A DNA stretch of 64,000 nt, taken from positions 132,680,001 through 132,744,000 of the forward strand of contig JBNRSN020000010.1 of NCBI GenBank assembly GCA_051313645.2. Direction: 5' to 3'. The notes under the pieces are model-generated. The model ran no database searches and was not told where the DNA came from. It was given only the letters and a program-made list of their open reading frames with translations. Origin of the DNA: Centroscyllium fabricii. Taxonomy: Eukaryota. Below are positions 49,801-64,000 of this stretch, one piece after another; the first letter of the stretch is position 1; the number at the start of each line of letters is the position of its first letter. Made by a program: the position numbers and the translations under genes.

Positions 49801-52800
49801 ATGGGAATTGTCAGTTGAAGCGAAATGATACAATTGGCAGCAGGCGCTGTATCTCGAGCAGGAGTTGGGAGATGAAAGGCCTGGATGTCTGTGATGTGAG
49901 ACGCACTCAGATGAAGACCCAGCCTCGTTCCTCACTGCACCGAGGGGCTCCGGGAGGAGCAACGAGATTCCTAATGAGAATCATGCCAATGATTTTTTTT
50001 CTTGAAAAATTCGTTTGTCGATTTAAGCTGAAAGCTCTAAAAATCTAAAGGGTTGGTGTGTTTTGAGTCGAATCGTTAAAACGTCTGTCGAGTTCGGCTG
50101 GTTCACAAACATAAACACGGGGAAAGTGTACGTTTAATAAATGTTCAGAATTGAATCAAACTTCGTTGCAAAGTTCACAATTAACAAGATTTCACTTTTC
50201 ATAAAATTTAGACACGGTTTGAAGCATGTGGGCATTTTTGAATAAAGTAATGAATTGTCGTGTGTGTGTGAAGAACACTCACATCAGGGACTGTCTGTGC
50301 TGTGCGGCAATGCACCTACACGTGCCCACAGATGCCCGTTTAAATACTAGCACTGTGCCCACACCCCAGCACTTTGGGTTCCATAATTTCGTACTAATGT
50401 GATTGAAGAGATAATATCGAATATTTAGAAAAAGTAAGATTAAAGAAGGAGTTATCCTGTCGCAGTGTTAAGTTGTTGAAAGATGTGTCTACTTCAGAAA
50501 TCTATTCAGTTTGCAAAGTGCGTTATTAAAAAAACGGGTGAATGCGAAGTATTTTGAGGACCCCTTCCATTGTATCGGCTGGTGAAATAGACAGAACCGA
50601 TCTTTCAAGCGGGATTTTTACTCTCAACCTCGCTCTGGAGATCCTCTGCGGTCTGATTCTCCATTACTGTCAATCTGCTTTCCTTGTTGTTTAAAGATTG
50701 AACATTGCTTGTCCGTTCAACTTTCACCGTCTATATTTTTCACACGAACAACTAATATTGATCTTTGCTTCAAAGGATATTTGATCTAGGAATCTTTACG
50801 CTTCCACAAGTGTGGCAGGTCCCAGTGTGCGCGTACGGTCCATTCACGCCTGACTTTCTGTTTGTGGTGCCTGCTTTTTTTTTGCACTGAGTGAGTTTAA
50901 CAATGGGGAGGAACGAGCTCACCTTTTAGATTCCATGTCTGATTCTGGGCTTCGTGTTGATATTGTTCTAACTACGCTGTGTTTGATCTCTGGTTGAAGA
51001 ACAACAATGACACCTAGATACAAGTGGATAGGTTACCGAACAGTAGCTCCGGCAGGCTGTCCTCAAAATAAACATGACCTAAATAATTGCTGGGATATAA
51101 CATTAGCTTGAATTACACTAGCACGCTGCACACTGAGCTTCCAGCAGACTTTAGCCTTCCCCATTATTTCAAAATATTCTACAAACTACAACGACATTGC
51201 AGCTGTAGAACATATATGTGTACGTTTCTGCTGACTGTGCACTTTTGAATTCAACACTACATTGTAACAACCTCCAATATATGTCAATATGTGTCAATCA
51301 GTGTAGATCAAGTGGAGAAAGAACGCGACATTTCGATTCCAGGAATGGTTCGGGATTTCTGCAGTATCGGGGTGGGAATTCAGTTAGACTAGTTCACTGA
51401 CCCTCTTTCAGTTCTAAAGTTCATCGGTATTTCACACAATCAAAAATAGAGAATTGGGACTGAGCTGCCTTCAGTTTTACCTTGTCTGTCGTTTTGTTTT
51501 TGTTTTTCCTTTAAAGACTGAGTCATCGCTTCCCATGGCCCTGTCTGTGTCACTGACATCTTCTGCTAGATTTCTTGCGCTAATATGTACCACTCTTGAA
51601 TGGGGTGATGCTCTAAGTTAGCATTGGTGTTGCTGGAATTGCTGAGATTGCATGTTATTAAAGATAGCACACCGAATGTTGGTCCAATTACTTCCACCGT
51701 CGTTTTTTCACGATGGTGAATCTTCTGCCAAATGTTAGTACAATTCGATGCCACATAATGACTGATAAGATTTGACAGCTCATGTTAAGGCTGGTAATAG
51801 ACCAATGTTTTTCATGTGTTGTGTCTGTCAAGATAAAACGCTGATTTCAGCATTCCAAAATATTTTACTAAATTCCATGGAGAAAGACAATCAGTTCAAA
51901 AGTAATCCCGAAACATGCTAAAGAATGAACATGAAACTAACATATGGGCTATTCTGTATGGATTGAAGTGGTTTGATTTGAATAAAGAGAATGTGAGTTG
52001 TAAATAGAACGGGGTGGGGGCTTAAAGATCATTGTCCCACTTTGAATATGTATTTGTCTTTGCAGCAACGGTGTAAGTATTAAACAGTCACATGTGTGAA
52101 ATACAAGGAAGTTAGGAAAGTGTCCAGTATTTCTGCAGAGGTAAATCTATTGAAGTTTGAGATGTTGTGGTATTTGATCAGCAGTTTGTGGACTTTCTCA
52201 CCTGAGTCAGTTCAAACATACACTGTGCAATGAAGAATTCAGTTCTAGCTAAAGAAGGCGGGTCCATGCTCTGTTTAGCAAGCCGTTATCGAAAAGGACA
52301 TTAGAACAATTATTTTCAACCTAAAATGTTCAATAGCTCATAAGAATATTTGTTAATGCTTAACATTGTATATTTCTTTAAGGAGAATCAGTGGAACGAA
52401 GACTGATTTCCGCGACCCTTCTTTACTGAATGTACCAGCTCGCAAGTTGTAAGGCCCCGCTCTCTGTACTCGCCATTAGAAACGGCAATGGACTTTAGGT
52501 CAGGTAAATATTAATTCCCTGGATTTCTAATAATATAATTATTTATTACATTATTTATTTTGCAGAAGTTATCTCAACATTGCCAATTCCGCACTGAAGT
52601 CGTGTTTGTTACGAAGAGCAGCAAACAGATTAAAGGGGAAAATGCCTTTTTGTTCCTTAAGATTTCTAAATTCAAGCGTTGATATGAAGCGCCTTGGGCC
52701 GTTTCTGCCTCGTTAAAGGTGCTACATAAATGCAGTTGTTGTTGTACATATTGGAGCAGCCAGCTGCAGATGTCAATCAAAAAAAGGGAACCGGAAGTCA

Positions 52801-52959
52801 TGCTCAGCTGAAAGGGTTCTGTAAAATATTTGAAATACACACATAAACACCCATGCACACATCACAGACAGTTTTGCAGATATATAGAGAGACGCCCGCG
52901 TGCACAAGGACTGCTATTTAAAGGCGGAAACACGCCCACCTATACAAGCACACAGGCAC

Positions 52960-53150
52960 CGAGACAAACAGGTGCGCAAGGGGATGGTGGAAAACATCTT
53001 TACACAAAGGGCGGTTCGAATTTCCAATCTTCTGTCAGAGCTTGTTGAAGCAGACTCCATGCTGTTTCAAAAGGGAATGAGACAATTGTTTGTAAAAGAG
53101 GAAGGGCCGAATGGCCCACTCCTGCTCCTATCTTCTATGTTTCTATTATT
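52960..53150 (+). mobile_element. Short old CR1 3' fragment
   Basis: NIFTQRAVRI peptide; GGGCCGAATGGCCCACTCCTGCTCCTATCTTCTATGTTTC tail. Confidence 0.55.
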
Positions 53151-54774
53151 CCAGTGTTGGGGAGCGGGGTTAGACGAGATGGTTCAGGTGGAGAGAAAAA
53201 GCACAGATTAGGGCGGAACTTTCCAGTCGGTTTCTGTGCCGCAACATTCTACGATTTTATACGACAGTATTTTGTTGTCCATCGACAACAAAACAAATCT
53301 CTTTCTGAAAAAAATAACCCCGATTAGCTGAATAAGCGAGTGGGGTGTGTATTTGCCTGAGATCAAGTTTGCTGCAATTCTCATCATTGAAGTCGATTTA
53401 ACAGGTTCTACTGTTTAAAGCCCAGGGTTTAATGAAAACAGGTTTCTTTTGGCGGGCCCACAGATTACGGAAGTCGGATACTATCGCCGCTGTTAATGGA
53501 AGCCCAGCTTTCGCCAATTATTTTTAAGAAACTTTCCACTAACTGTCCCCCTTTTTCTTAACCCAGGCGTCAGTTTCAAGTATTCCACCTGCAATGTTAA
53601 ACCGTGAAGCAATTCCTGATCCAGCAATTCACTTGGCTCAGAAAAGGCTCTGAAGTGACGGAGAGAATGTTTATTTACTGTGGATGTATGAAGAAGTGTT
53701 TGAAGTTACAGTATTTTTCTATTCCTTATTTCTAGTGTTCAGTCTTCATGTTGGCCAATGATGAATTACAGTTAACCAGCCAGTCATTTGACCGACCGGA
53801 AACGACAACGTTGTCATGAAACAGATCAAAATAGGAACGTTTTGAGTTAACTAGTCAGCGGTGGAAGTTACACGTATTTCTTTGTAGATCTGAATTCGTT
53901 TAAAGACCATGAAATAGGCCTAGAGAAGTGTTCTTTGATGAATGAATATTGTAACCAGTTCGATTTGCTGTGAATGTTATCTGCAGAATGTGTGATAATA
54001 AAAAAGGTCATTACTAATAATTTCCTTCATATCCGAACTCTACTGCCCGAACGGTCGTTTCATGTGTTGGAAAACAAATTGAATAAACCGACCGGTGTGC
54101 AATTTCATGTCTTCAGAGAATGAAAGTGTATTTCTTGAGACAGGAGTTGGAGTATGATACATTTAAAGGAAAGTGATCCAAATATTCGACTGGTTACCGG
54201 CGTCCTGGCACAAACAATGTAATTTGAAACAGGATGAAATGACATTACTGGGGTGGGGGGGGGGGGGGGGGGTTCTCTGGTAGTACATGTCGTTCCTTTT
54301 GAATATATTTACGATCTGGCTAATTCTTCCTCCGTATGGGTAGTGTTTGCACCAATCGAAGTGTTCTTGCACTTGGAAGTGAGATTTAGGGGTTGGCATT
54401 GTGCATGAAATTAGATTAAAATAGAACAAAATCTGCATATATAGTGTATTGTCATTGTGGATGTAATTTTGAGGCGTTCATAGGAATTACGCCAATTGTG
54501 TTTGCACCAGATTCTGCGTTTTTATCAAAGCCAAATTACACTGTTTTCATTCAGACACTTGATGTGTGTTGTCACAATCATGTAATTCAAGAATAAATTT
54601 AAGTGTGTAATACGTATTAGGAAATATAGTACGCAGAGTCAAATTGAAGCCGCTTTAATCGGCCACTAAATGATGAGAGTAACAAAATAATGGGTGGGAG
54701 GCAGTGTCAGGATCTACTCCGAGGATGTATGAGGTGGGTAGCTACCATTAACCAGTTCAGCAGCAAAAGTGATA

Positions 54775-54780
54775 TTTATT
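54775..54780 (-). terminator. Probable Otx2 polyadenylation signal
   Basis: AATAAA on the minus strand at the end of an AT-rich 3'UTR-like tract about 1.55 kb after the stop; other AATAAA sites exist. Confidence 0.5.
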
Positions 54781-56324
54781 ATAAAGAAATGATCGAAATT
54801 TCACAAGACCTTTTATCTATCATAAAATAAACACTGTACATAACCGAATATTTATATGAATTAGTTGGACAATAAATATCTGAAATGGACAAAAAATTCA
54901 CGTGTAAAAAGCACAATTTATGAATCATTTTTATCTTACCTACATTTACATTGAAAACACTTACAAGACCTAATAAAAAGGAAAGTAGAGACTGGTATCC
55001 AGATCAAGCCCCGTCATTTTTACACTAATAAGAAATACTAATTACAAAAGTATCCTGTACATAAAAAATCGATAAAATTTCAGAACTTTCAAGGAAAATA
55101 GACAAGTAAAGCGCCTAGCGTTTGTTTAGCTTCAGAAGTTGCAGTTTGGAGTGTGTATATATATATTATATATACTATAATTCAGGCATCGTTTGTGCAT
55201 CAGTTGCTACAAGAATCTGTTTTCCTCTCATTTTTAAAACTTATAAACAGACAGCTTATATCTGTGCCTCTAAAATGGAAAACAAAATGAAAATAGACCT
55301 GGTACAGTGCAAATTTTCGCCACTCTAATATAACTGACTGGCTACAAGCTATAAAGCACATTCTCACCCTCCTGTCTTATGATGGGAGTAGGGTGGGGGT
55401 GGCGGGGGGAAGTGGGATTACCTGAACTGACGTTATTTGGTAAACTAATGGACCCTAATGGCAGACTCGAAGTGGTGCAGCTTTGTACACACTCACTGTA
55501 AGTGCCATCAAGCTGCATGATTTCGATTTGATCGGATATTGTTTCAGATTGAACCGTGGAAGACAAAGCAAAATTGTGCTAGAATGACTTGAATGTAGCC
55601 ACCCCCATCTGTCGACTCCAGTATGGTTGATATTTATATATGTAATATTACTCGATTAACACCGGCAAACAAAAGGGCCAACTTCGGAGCACCTGACCCC
55701 CCAGTGGGGTCAATTCAACCGACCATATTTTAAGATATTAGCTTCATTATGACAAAGAGTTTTAGCGTCCGTGTGAAGTTTGCAGCCAGAGTCACGAATT
55801 TTCACAGTTCAGTTTATGTTTGAAGGCGCTCCTTTCAAACAGTGGCGGGTACTTTATTCCAGCAGAATTTGGCTCCATTTTACAACAGCAGAACCACCCT
55901 CCAACCCCCCGCCGCTCGAGTTCAACAGCAACAAGCGGTTCACACACTTGCATACAGTACAGCAGATCATACTTGTTTTGAGTCTAACACAAATAAAAAC
56001 ACAGATGTACCACTGGTATAAGACACACACTGATTGTCTCTCAGAACTACATATGGACCCCTTATAAACATTTTTTTAAATAAAGTAGTGCATCTGTGAC
56101 AACCAATCGCACAATTCACACAGCCCTGATGGTCCTTTTTGTTTTTAAATGCCAACCTAAAAGATGGCTAAAATTGGAATGATCACAAGTATTGTCCTGT
56201 CCATTCCAAAGGGTTTAACCAGAGGGTTGGCTACAAGAACTGGAATGATGACAAGTTCTGTGCTCTCTATTCCAAAGGTTTAACATTGGAATGATTTGTC
56301 CAGTTTCAAGAGAGTCATAGTACT

Positions 56325-56948
56325 TCACAAAACCTGGAACTTCCACGAGGACGTTTGATCTTTGTAATCCAAGCAGTCGGCGTTGAAGTTGAGTTTCCAG
56401 GAAGCTGTCTGGTCTTTATAATCCAAGCAATCGGTGGAGTTAAAGCCCAATCCGCCGGTTGGGTAGCCCTGGGCAGAGAGGGAGGCCGGAGACTGGTTGA
56501 GGTGGCCGGCGGTGACCGCGTTGGTGCCCATGGGACTGAGCGCCGTCCCTGGGGCGGGGAGCTGGTGGTGCATCGGGGACAGGTACGAGCCGCAGTCCAT
56601 TCCCCCGAAGTAGGACGTGGATCCGGCGTAACCCTGCGTGTAACCCGAGGCCTGGGTGTAAGTCATGGGGTAGGAACGCTGCATGCACGACGAGGAGGTG
56701 GAGAGGCAATCGGGGGCGATCGGAGAGATGGACGCGGGGCTCCATATCGACACCGGGGCGCTGCTGCTCGATATGGCCGTCACCGAGGTGCTGGAGGGCG
56801 GCGTGAATTGGCCGCTCGCCCCGCTCTCCGAGCTGGGCTCACGGGACGGGGAATTCTTCTTCTTGGCCGGTCGAACTTTATGCTGCCCTCCGTTCTGCTG
56901 CTGCTGCTGTTGTTGGCGGCATTTTGCTCGACGATTTTTGAACCAAAC
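56325..56948 (-). CDS. otx2: Orthodenticle homeobox 2, last coding exon
   Basis: [14 protein letters not shown] (K50 homeodomain end), SIWSPAS motif, tandem Otx tail [35 protein letters not shown]; acceptor TTTTTTAAG|. Confidence 0.97.
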   Translation of the reverse strand, partial: VWFKNRRAKCRQQQQQQQNGGQHKVRPAKKKNSPSREPSSESGASGQFTPPSSTSVTAISSSSAPVSIWSPASISPIAPDCLSTSSSCMQRSYPMTYTQASGYTQGYAGSTSYFGGMDCGSYLSPMHHQLPAPGTALSPMGTNAVTAGHLNQSPASLSAQGYPTGGLGFNSTDCLDYKDQTASWKLNFNADCLDYKDQTSSWKFQVL

Positions 56949-57563
56949 CTTAAAAAACAAGAAAATTAATTAAACCGTAACAAAAAATACAAACATTCTA
57001 ACTTGAAACCAGCGCGTAATTAATGCGTTTTAAAAGTGCCTGCATACTTTAGAATGGTCGCAACAAAGCCGTGAAATACACGATGAAATATGATTTCATA
57101 TAATAAATAGGCTTGTTTGTGTTGACACAGTAACTGCAGTTGGAATAAGTGCTTGCATTCTGTTTGATAAAGTGTTTGTTCCCAATATTATATAGAACAT
57201 TCTTCATAAGGAAAATCTACAATGAACTGTTTGCTGGATCTTGTACAGTCTCTTATATCAGTTTCTCCTTTCTTACGTAGTCACAGGAGGAAAACATATA
57301 TTTTGTTCTTGTAAAACTTTACACTGAAGTAACATGTTTAATTTTACAGGCTGAAATCCGCCAACACAGTCTTTGTCTTTTAAAATAATCTCAATGAGTT
57401 TACGGCCTTTCGCCATCAATCCCTTTCAGAGTGCAGGGTCCCAGCAGCCGGCACAGCCTCCGACCCTCTGAAATATTCTCTACCTCATCCCATGTTGATC
57501 CCCCCTCCCTCCCTCCTCAGCGAGCGGGATTCGCGCCTTCTCAGGATCTGGGGGCCCCGGTCA

Positions 57564-57854
<291 letters not shown>

Positions 57855-58144
57855 TCATTTCCAAACCTAAAGCTATTCTCACTGGAATGTGCGCCCCTGC
57901 CAGGAATATCGAAGGATTCGGTCAGTCGCTGTTAGAACGCGGAAAAGTTTCCCACTGGCAGAATGATCTCGGACAAAGTTTGATGTCGCGACGAAACATT
58001 TTTTAAGAGGATGGAACGTGAGATCGTTTCTGCTGCCCACGATTTTACCGATAATTTCATTTAAATAACGAACGCACTGAAATACCTTCCAAAGAGTCGT
58101 CAGATTTTCTTTTGACACTAAATGTCAAGATGAACTCTTTGTCA

Positions 58145-58393
<249 letters not shown>

Positions 58394-59799
58394 TTAAACC
58401 TAGTCACAGAGTAAAAGAACGTGGTGAGAGGAGGGATCCGGAGGAGCTGCTGTGTCTCTGATCACTGGAAGGTATCTGATCCCTCAGTAGATCCCAGCCT
58501 GTCTCTTTAAAGCATCCGGGGACCCCCAGCTGCCTCTTGGACCAAGGGATGCTGACCAGATAAATATGTCCCAAAAACCTGCTACACCCATTCTTATAGC
58601 ACGCCTTCCACACAACAAAAAACAAATGCTTTAAATGCACACATCGCATTGTTAGCATTGCAATTTGCATAGATCCCATTCGTTAGCACCAATCTGTTAT
58701 CACGCTAATTGGCTCAAACAAAACTTGATTGGGACTATTTGCAGAGACAATGGACTTGCTGGCCCCGGAGGAAAAAAATCGGCAAACTATTCACAACAAA
58801 GACTTTATAGAGAGAGAGAAAAACAAAGGCATGGTATAAAAAAATGGTTCCTGTGCACGATTTGCAACCGGACGCTGGAGAAGTTTTCTGTTTTATTTTA
58901 TGTGTTTTACAAACGAAAGTTGAGACTGTATCTAAACTAGGATATGTTAGAATTTGAGCTGGAAGACAATATTTTATGAGATGCAACACGTATTTTCACC
59001 GAATGGGCGAGCTGGGTATCTAGATTTCGGGGTACAGCGAAGGTAGCGTTGTGCCTGTTGACTCTACGTGTGTCCAGAACGAATGAGGCAAAACAAACAA
59101 GTAATCAATTCTCAATCAGAAAAACACCGGGAAAGCAAAACTATTTGCGCCCAATTGTATTGCACCTGAACGTAAAATCCTCCATTATTTAATGAAGAGC
59201 TCAGTGCCCAGATTACACATACAGCAGCCAGATTCCCTTGTTGATTGTACAACTTTGCACTTTGTCTCTGGTTGTTTAGCGCGGAAGTCACATATTGTCA
59301 CCTGATTACGTGTCCAAGAAAGACCAGATAAAATCCCCGCATCCCAACGATGTTGAAAATATTTCACTTTACTTTAAAATAAAGTCGCGGTGCCTCATTG
59401 GTGTTATACATCTCACTTTACAAGACGATGTTTAACAAGAGTGATCACACCTTCAAAATGGCGGAGGTGGGGGTTGCGATGACAAACTTTGATCAAAACA
59501 AGGCAGTCTATTCATTTAACACTGACCTGTTAAATATACCAAGAAAAGCGAAAAAAACAACCCAATCTTTTACTGGATCAACCCCGCATTAAAAGCTGCA
59601 CCATGCTGCAACCAGTGTGTTAAAAACGCATCCCCAGCGCTGCAGTCTCAGCAGCATTACTCTTGCCGCAGTCCAAGACTTCAGCCCGATACCTTGACCC
59701 AATACTTCATCATTTGTGGACCTATTCTCCGATTGCTACTATTAAGCAAAAATAAAACGGGCAGAAGAATCTTCTTCTTCAATTTCAAGTACAAGCTCT

Positions 59800-60240
59800 T
59801 ACCTACAAAAACATCTACTCCAACAGTCAGTCGAACGGTATCGATTGCAAGTTGCAGCCTCCCTTCTCCGCCCGATCCCCCTGCCCCTACCTGCAAGGCT
59901 GAAGCCAGAGGGGAAATAGCCTCTCCTCGCGGCTGATAGGAAAGTGCGGCCAGTTATATAGAGAGCGGCTCGAGTCTGTCGGCTTCCCAACACAATCTGT
60001 CACTTTTTGAAAGAATCCTATCTACCAGTTGCTCGGCATTCGGTCGATCGTAATTACCCCGCCGAGCATGCGGCCGAGAATTAATTATAATAAATGTTTT
60101 CTTGATAAATTAACGAGATAATCCGGGTGGCACACGTTCCTTAATTACAGGACGCTGCAAAAACTGGGATGGCGAAGAACGCTTTCTCCCCCCATCCCTG
60201 CAGCATTTGTTCTGATTAATTTTCTGCTTGATGGAAATGA
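59800..60240 (-). promoter_or_regulatory. Candidate upstream Otx2 promoter and non-coding exon
   Basis: TATATAA on the minus strand (59954-59960); donors CAG|GTAGGG (about 59891) and TAG|GTAAGA (about 59803); pyrimidine-rich CTAG| acceptor at 58400; TAAT cluster at 60050-60220. Confidence 0.5.
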
Positions 60241-62529
60241 AACAAAGCTATAGAGTCGAACTGTGTTTATTAAAAAAAAAACATCATTAACCTCTTACAG
60301 GGCTCGGCCCTGCAACTTTGAGACTCGTGGGACTTCTCTGAACAACTAACACACACTTTAATATTTGATACAGTATTTGACACATTGGGTTTGATCTGCA
60401 GTGTGTAAAGGCTACTCCTCTACAAACATTGAAAAGTAACATATGAACAGGACGGCTGGTAAGTTACTTATTTTACATTGCATCGAATTCTTTGCCCCCA
60501 CCGCCGCCTAGTTTATATACAAAGCAAAATAATGAATACTTTTATATATTATATTTGATGTTAATTGTTCTTATTTAAAACGAGCGTTAAATGTACACTA
60601 TCTTTGCTTTGTACTTGCCCGCAAGTTTAGAAACTTGTTCAGGGAATGCAGTTTGATGGAGTTTGACTTTCACATCCAGGACAGGCTGACGAGGTGTGAG
60701 TGACTCCGTAAATCACAACAGCCCCGCAAATGGGGTGAACGGTGTCTGCAGTTTAATGTGTTAATGGAGACCGATCCGTGCAGAGCGACAGACTTGCCCG
60801 CTTGAGAACTCTGTACATAACCTTGTTAACAAGACTCTGCGATGAAGGTGTGGAATAGGACATTTAAATCGCTGTGTATGTTTGTTTTAAGAATAAAGTG
60901 ATAGAACTGATCCAACCGTTTGAACTTAATCAGTAAGCCAGATAAATACTGAAAAGTGCTTAAAATGTTTAAGATTGATTATCTCAACTGAGTCTAACAT
61001 TAAGAGGAAAGTAAATGTTAATGGTTTTAAGTTCAAACATTTAAATGTTTTACTCGTGCGTAAAGGAAGAATCACAGGAATAGCCTCGCTGCCCGCTTGT
61101 TCAGTAAATGTTTAAACTTTGGCATACCAAAGCTCGATTTTTTTTGTTTCAAAGCCTTCTTTATAATTCAAGAAAATATCCCGTACTAATTAAAAAAACT
61201 AATTTCTTTATATAGGGAAACTGCGGGATCTTTAATCGCAAATCCTTTATTTGCAAATGTACAAGTGATCATTTTAAGGAAAGGACAAGGTCGATTAAAC
61301 TTTTATTAGTGTTCAAGTGCCTCCGTAGCTAAGGCGGACCATGAAATAGTTCGTTGTATTTTGCACATTTGCTGGAAAGTTTGTTAGAAACTCGAATCTT
61401 AAGGTCCTTTTTTCTTTGCTATCCTAAATTTGAACACATTTCGAATGTACCGCTTCGCAGTGAACACATTCCGACTGTTTTATATTCAAGTCTAGAATTT
61501 GAGCGGAGAACACTCCAGGTTTTGTCCAGAGAAGTCTCTTCTCGGTAAACTATTGATCCGACCCTCTGTAGGAAAAGCTGTTCGTCAATAATTGGGAAGC
61601 GATCGATTTCATTTCAGTTTATTTGAACTGTAAATCATTGACAATAAACATCTGCAGCCCAGCACTTCGCAAATGAGGAGGCGATTGCAGGGGCAGATCA
61701 ACCATATCAAGAGGGGGGAAAAACCGAGAGCAATCCACGCCTCCCCAATTATCCCTATGTTTGAACATTCATTGGGATGGGGGAAATTCACTGGGATTCA
61801 GCAGCAAGAGAAAACCGAGTTTCAGCTCAATTCACACACCAATGGGGAAACTGACAATTGCAACACATTTATTCGAGACTATTAAACCATCAGGACAACA
61901 CGAAATGCAAAACACAGCGAGATCTTAACCCAGCTTGCATATTTCAAGCTGCGAGTTCTCTCTCCCCCCCCCCCCCCCCCCCCCACCACAAAACTCAAAG
62001 TGTATATATAAAAAAAAAACAAGATTCGGGACTAGCTACAACCACTTTTGGACCAAACAGAACCATTAGCAGCAATCCGAATAAACGAAAACTGTTCTCA
62101 TGCACGAATAACAATATCAAACGGTTTTCACCCAGGGTGGGTATGTTCGCAGGTTTTGTCTTTTATAAAAGGTCTTACGCTGTGCTCGAAATCAAATCCC
62201 CAATTCGGTATAAAAATAATAACCCCCATTCACGATCAACGAGGAAGACTAATTTGTATTTTTTTTTACCTGTTTTACTGTGCCCAGGTCGAAGTGAAAC
62301 ACCAAAAAATCAGGCTTCCACGTTCCTGACGGCCTTTGTCCCTGAAAACAAATAGAGAAGAAATAGGTTAGAAGTCTTCAGATTATCGATTCGCAAAAAT
62401 CTTCTCGCATACAATTGCTCCAACATCAGCCAGATAAGACAAAGTATTTGGATTTTAAGAAGAGGAGGAATGAACCTGTTTAAAGCAGGTATATGTTGTC
62501 TGGGAATGGAAAATGGTTGAGATTGCTGA

Positions 62530-62670
62530 GTTGTGCTGGTCTCTCTCTCTCTCCTTTCTCTGAGACTTGCTGAGAAAGCGCCTCTCTGGTAACTTTTTGA
62601 CGCAAACTCCGCAGCCAATAGCAAAGAGAGAATGATTGACACATCTCAGCAGAACCAGGGAGAAAATAAC
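62530..62670. promoter_or_regulatory. Candidate distal or bidirectional promoter element
   Basis: CCAAT box, TGATTGACA (Pbx/Meis-type) and TGACGCAA (CRE/CEBP-like) motifs beside a CT tract. Confidence 0.35.
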
Positions 62671-64000
62671 ACGCAGCAGGAAGAGAGAACCCCTGCTCCA
62701 AGAGGGAAAACAGGGAGAAGTAACCCAAAGCAGAAAATTAAAAAAATAACAAGCAATGGGAGTGAAAATCCAACAGCACTGAGCAGAGCAAGAGAGAGAA
62801 ATAAAGAGCAGACACTGGAGGTCTCCGCATTAGACGGCCAGAATAACATGGAGACCAGCGGAGATGGTCTAGGATTAAAATAAATATAATTTAAACAGGA
62901 CACATTAAGGGGCAATTCGGGACTAAGTCAAGAAGACAGATGGACAAGCAAGAATAATTCAGAAGGTTATGGAAAAGGGAAACAAGACATAAAATCACAA
63001 CTATCGAGAGAGGGGAGGGAAAGAAAGAGAGAGAGAGAGAGAGAATAATCATCAAGGTATTAAGCAGGAGAACAGAGAGAGCAATCAGGTTAGTGATTTT
63101 GAGCTGAACCAGCAAGAGCAAGGAATCTCGATAAGAATAAATCAGAGTTGCATCAGCAAGAATGACAGTGAGAAAGTATTAAGTAGAATAATTTCGCAGA
63201 GCTGGCGCAGAAAATCAAATCCGGCCACAACTGTCATAGGGCCAGAGAACAACCAGTGATGAACAAGAGTATGAAGAATTCATAGATATACAGGGAACTA
63301 TGCAACAGAAGGTAAGAAACCACCATTTAATATCAACAAAGGGACAGACTAGCTCCAGGGACAACACATATTAACCAACATATAACAGTGATCATTATTG
63401 AAAGAAAGTTCCATTGCAGTAAAGCAGGGATTGCTAGGTAGAGTGATAGGTAGATAAATAGATAGAAAGAAGGTTGGAATAACTCCGCTCCAATTTAATG
63501 AGTTTTATCAGTATGATTAACCTGTGCCCTATGATACAACTTACGTGCTTTGAAGCAGAAATAACCTTTATAGAAATAAGAATAGCAGGCCTAGCACACG
63601 TGGAGAATAAAGACACTTCAAAATCAGACCAAGAATAAATTAGCGGCAATGGAAAGGAGAATAGCAACACTCCAGGTCGATTAACTCTAGCAGGCCAGAC
63701 CATTTTCATTTCGCTGTCCTGTTATCGTATATCTGGATCTGCGTGCGGCACTTTATTGCACCTCACTTGCCGTGTCCAGGTTTGATAAATAACTATAGCA
63801 AAGGGGCCCAAATAATTGCCTGGTACAAAACAAGATTTTAATATACGCACGTTATAAGGTCGCAGATATGTCAATAGTAACTAAGCTGAATGCTTGAAGA
63901 ATGAAGACAGGTGATTAAATGTTGTAATTGTCAATAAAAGAGAAACTTTGTGGTTGCTTATAAAGTGCAATTGGTGCACAGGCCGAGAGATCAGAGACTG

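Noticed and set aside
56355-56973. 204-aa plus-strand ORF and other overlapping frames
   Set aside because: Antisense and alternative-frame shadows of the GC-rich Otx2 exon.
61858-63121. Cluster of 76-165 aa ORFs upstream of Otx2
   Set aside because: Low-complexity purine-skewed sequence, mostly non-ATG starts, no domain signal.

Overview
Vertebrate genomic DNA, most likely a cartilaginous fish (inferred from HER1/CR1-type LINEs, HE1-type V-SINEs and abundant Harbinger relics). The right part (about 46.4-64 kb) is a transposon-poor, CpG-retaining domain holding a complete minus-strand Otx2 gene (3 coding exons, 290 aa). The left 46 kb is the repeat-saturated downstream gene desert, with CR1 and L2 LINE fragments, SINEs, Penelope-type fold-backs and Harbinger, Tc1/pogo and hAT MITEs. 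The standout is a 1,469-bp element (30219-31687) with 30-bp perfect terminal inverted repeats (TIRs) and a TAA target-site duplication (TSD), a PIF/Harbinger signature. Its only long ORF is an intact 296-aa protein resembling a circovirus/CRESS-DNA-virus capsid, with no Rep and no transposase. Also notable: an intact MADF-only Harbinger-type element 2.3 kb away; a CR1 copy whose two complementary arms carry same-strand A-to-G clusters, suggesting retroposition of ADAR-edited RNA; back-to-back minimal hammerhead ribozyme motifs; and a 5S-derived SINE. All family assignments come from reading motifs by eye, with no database searches.
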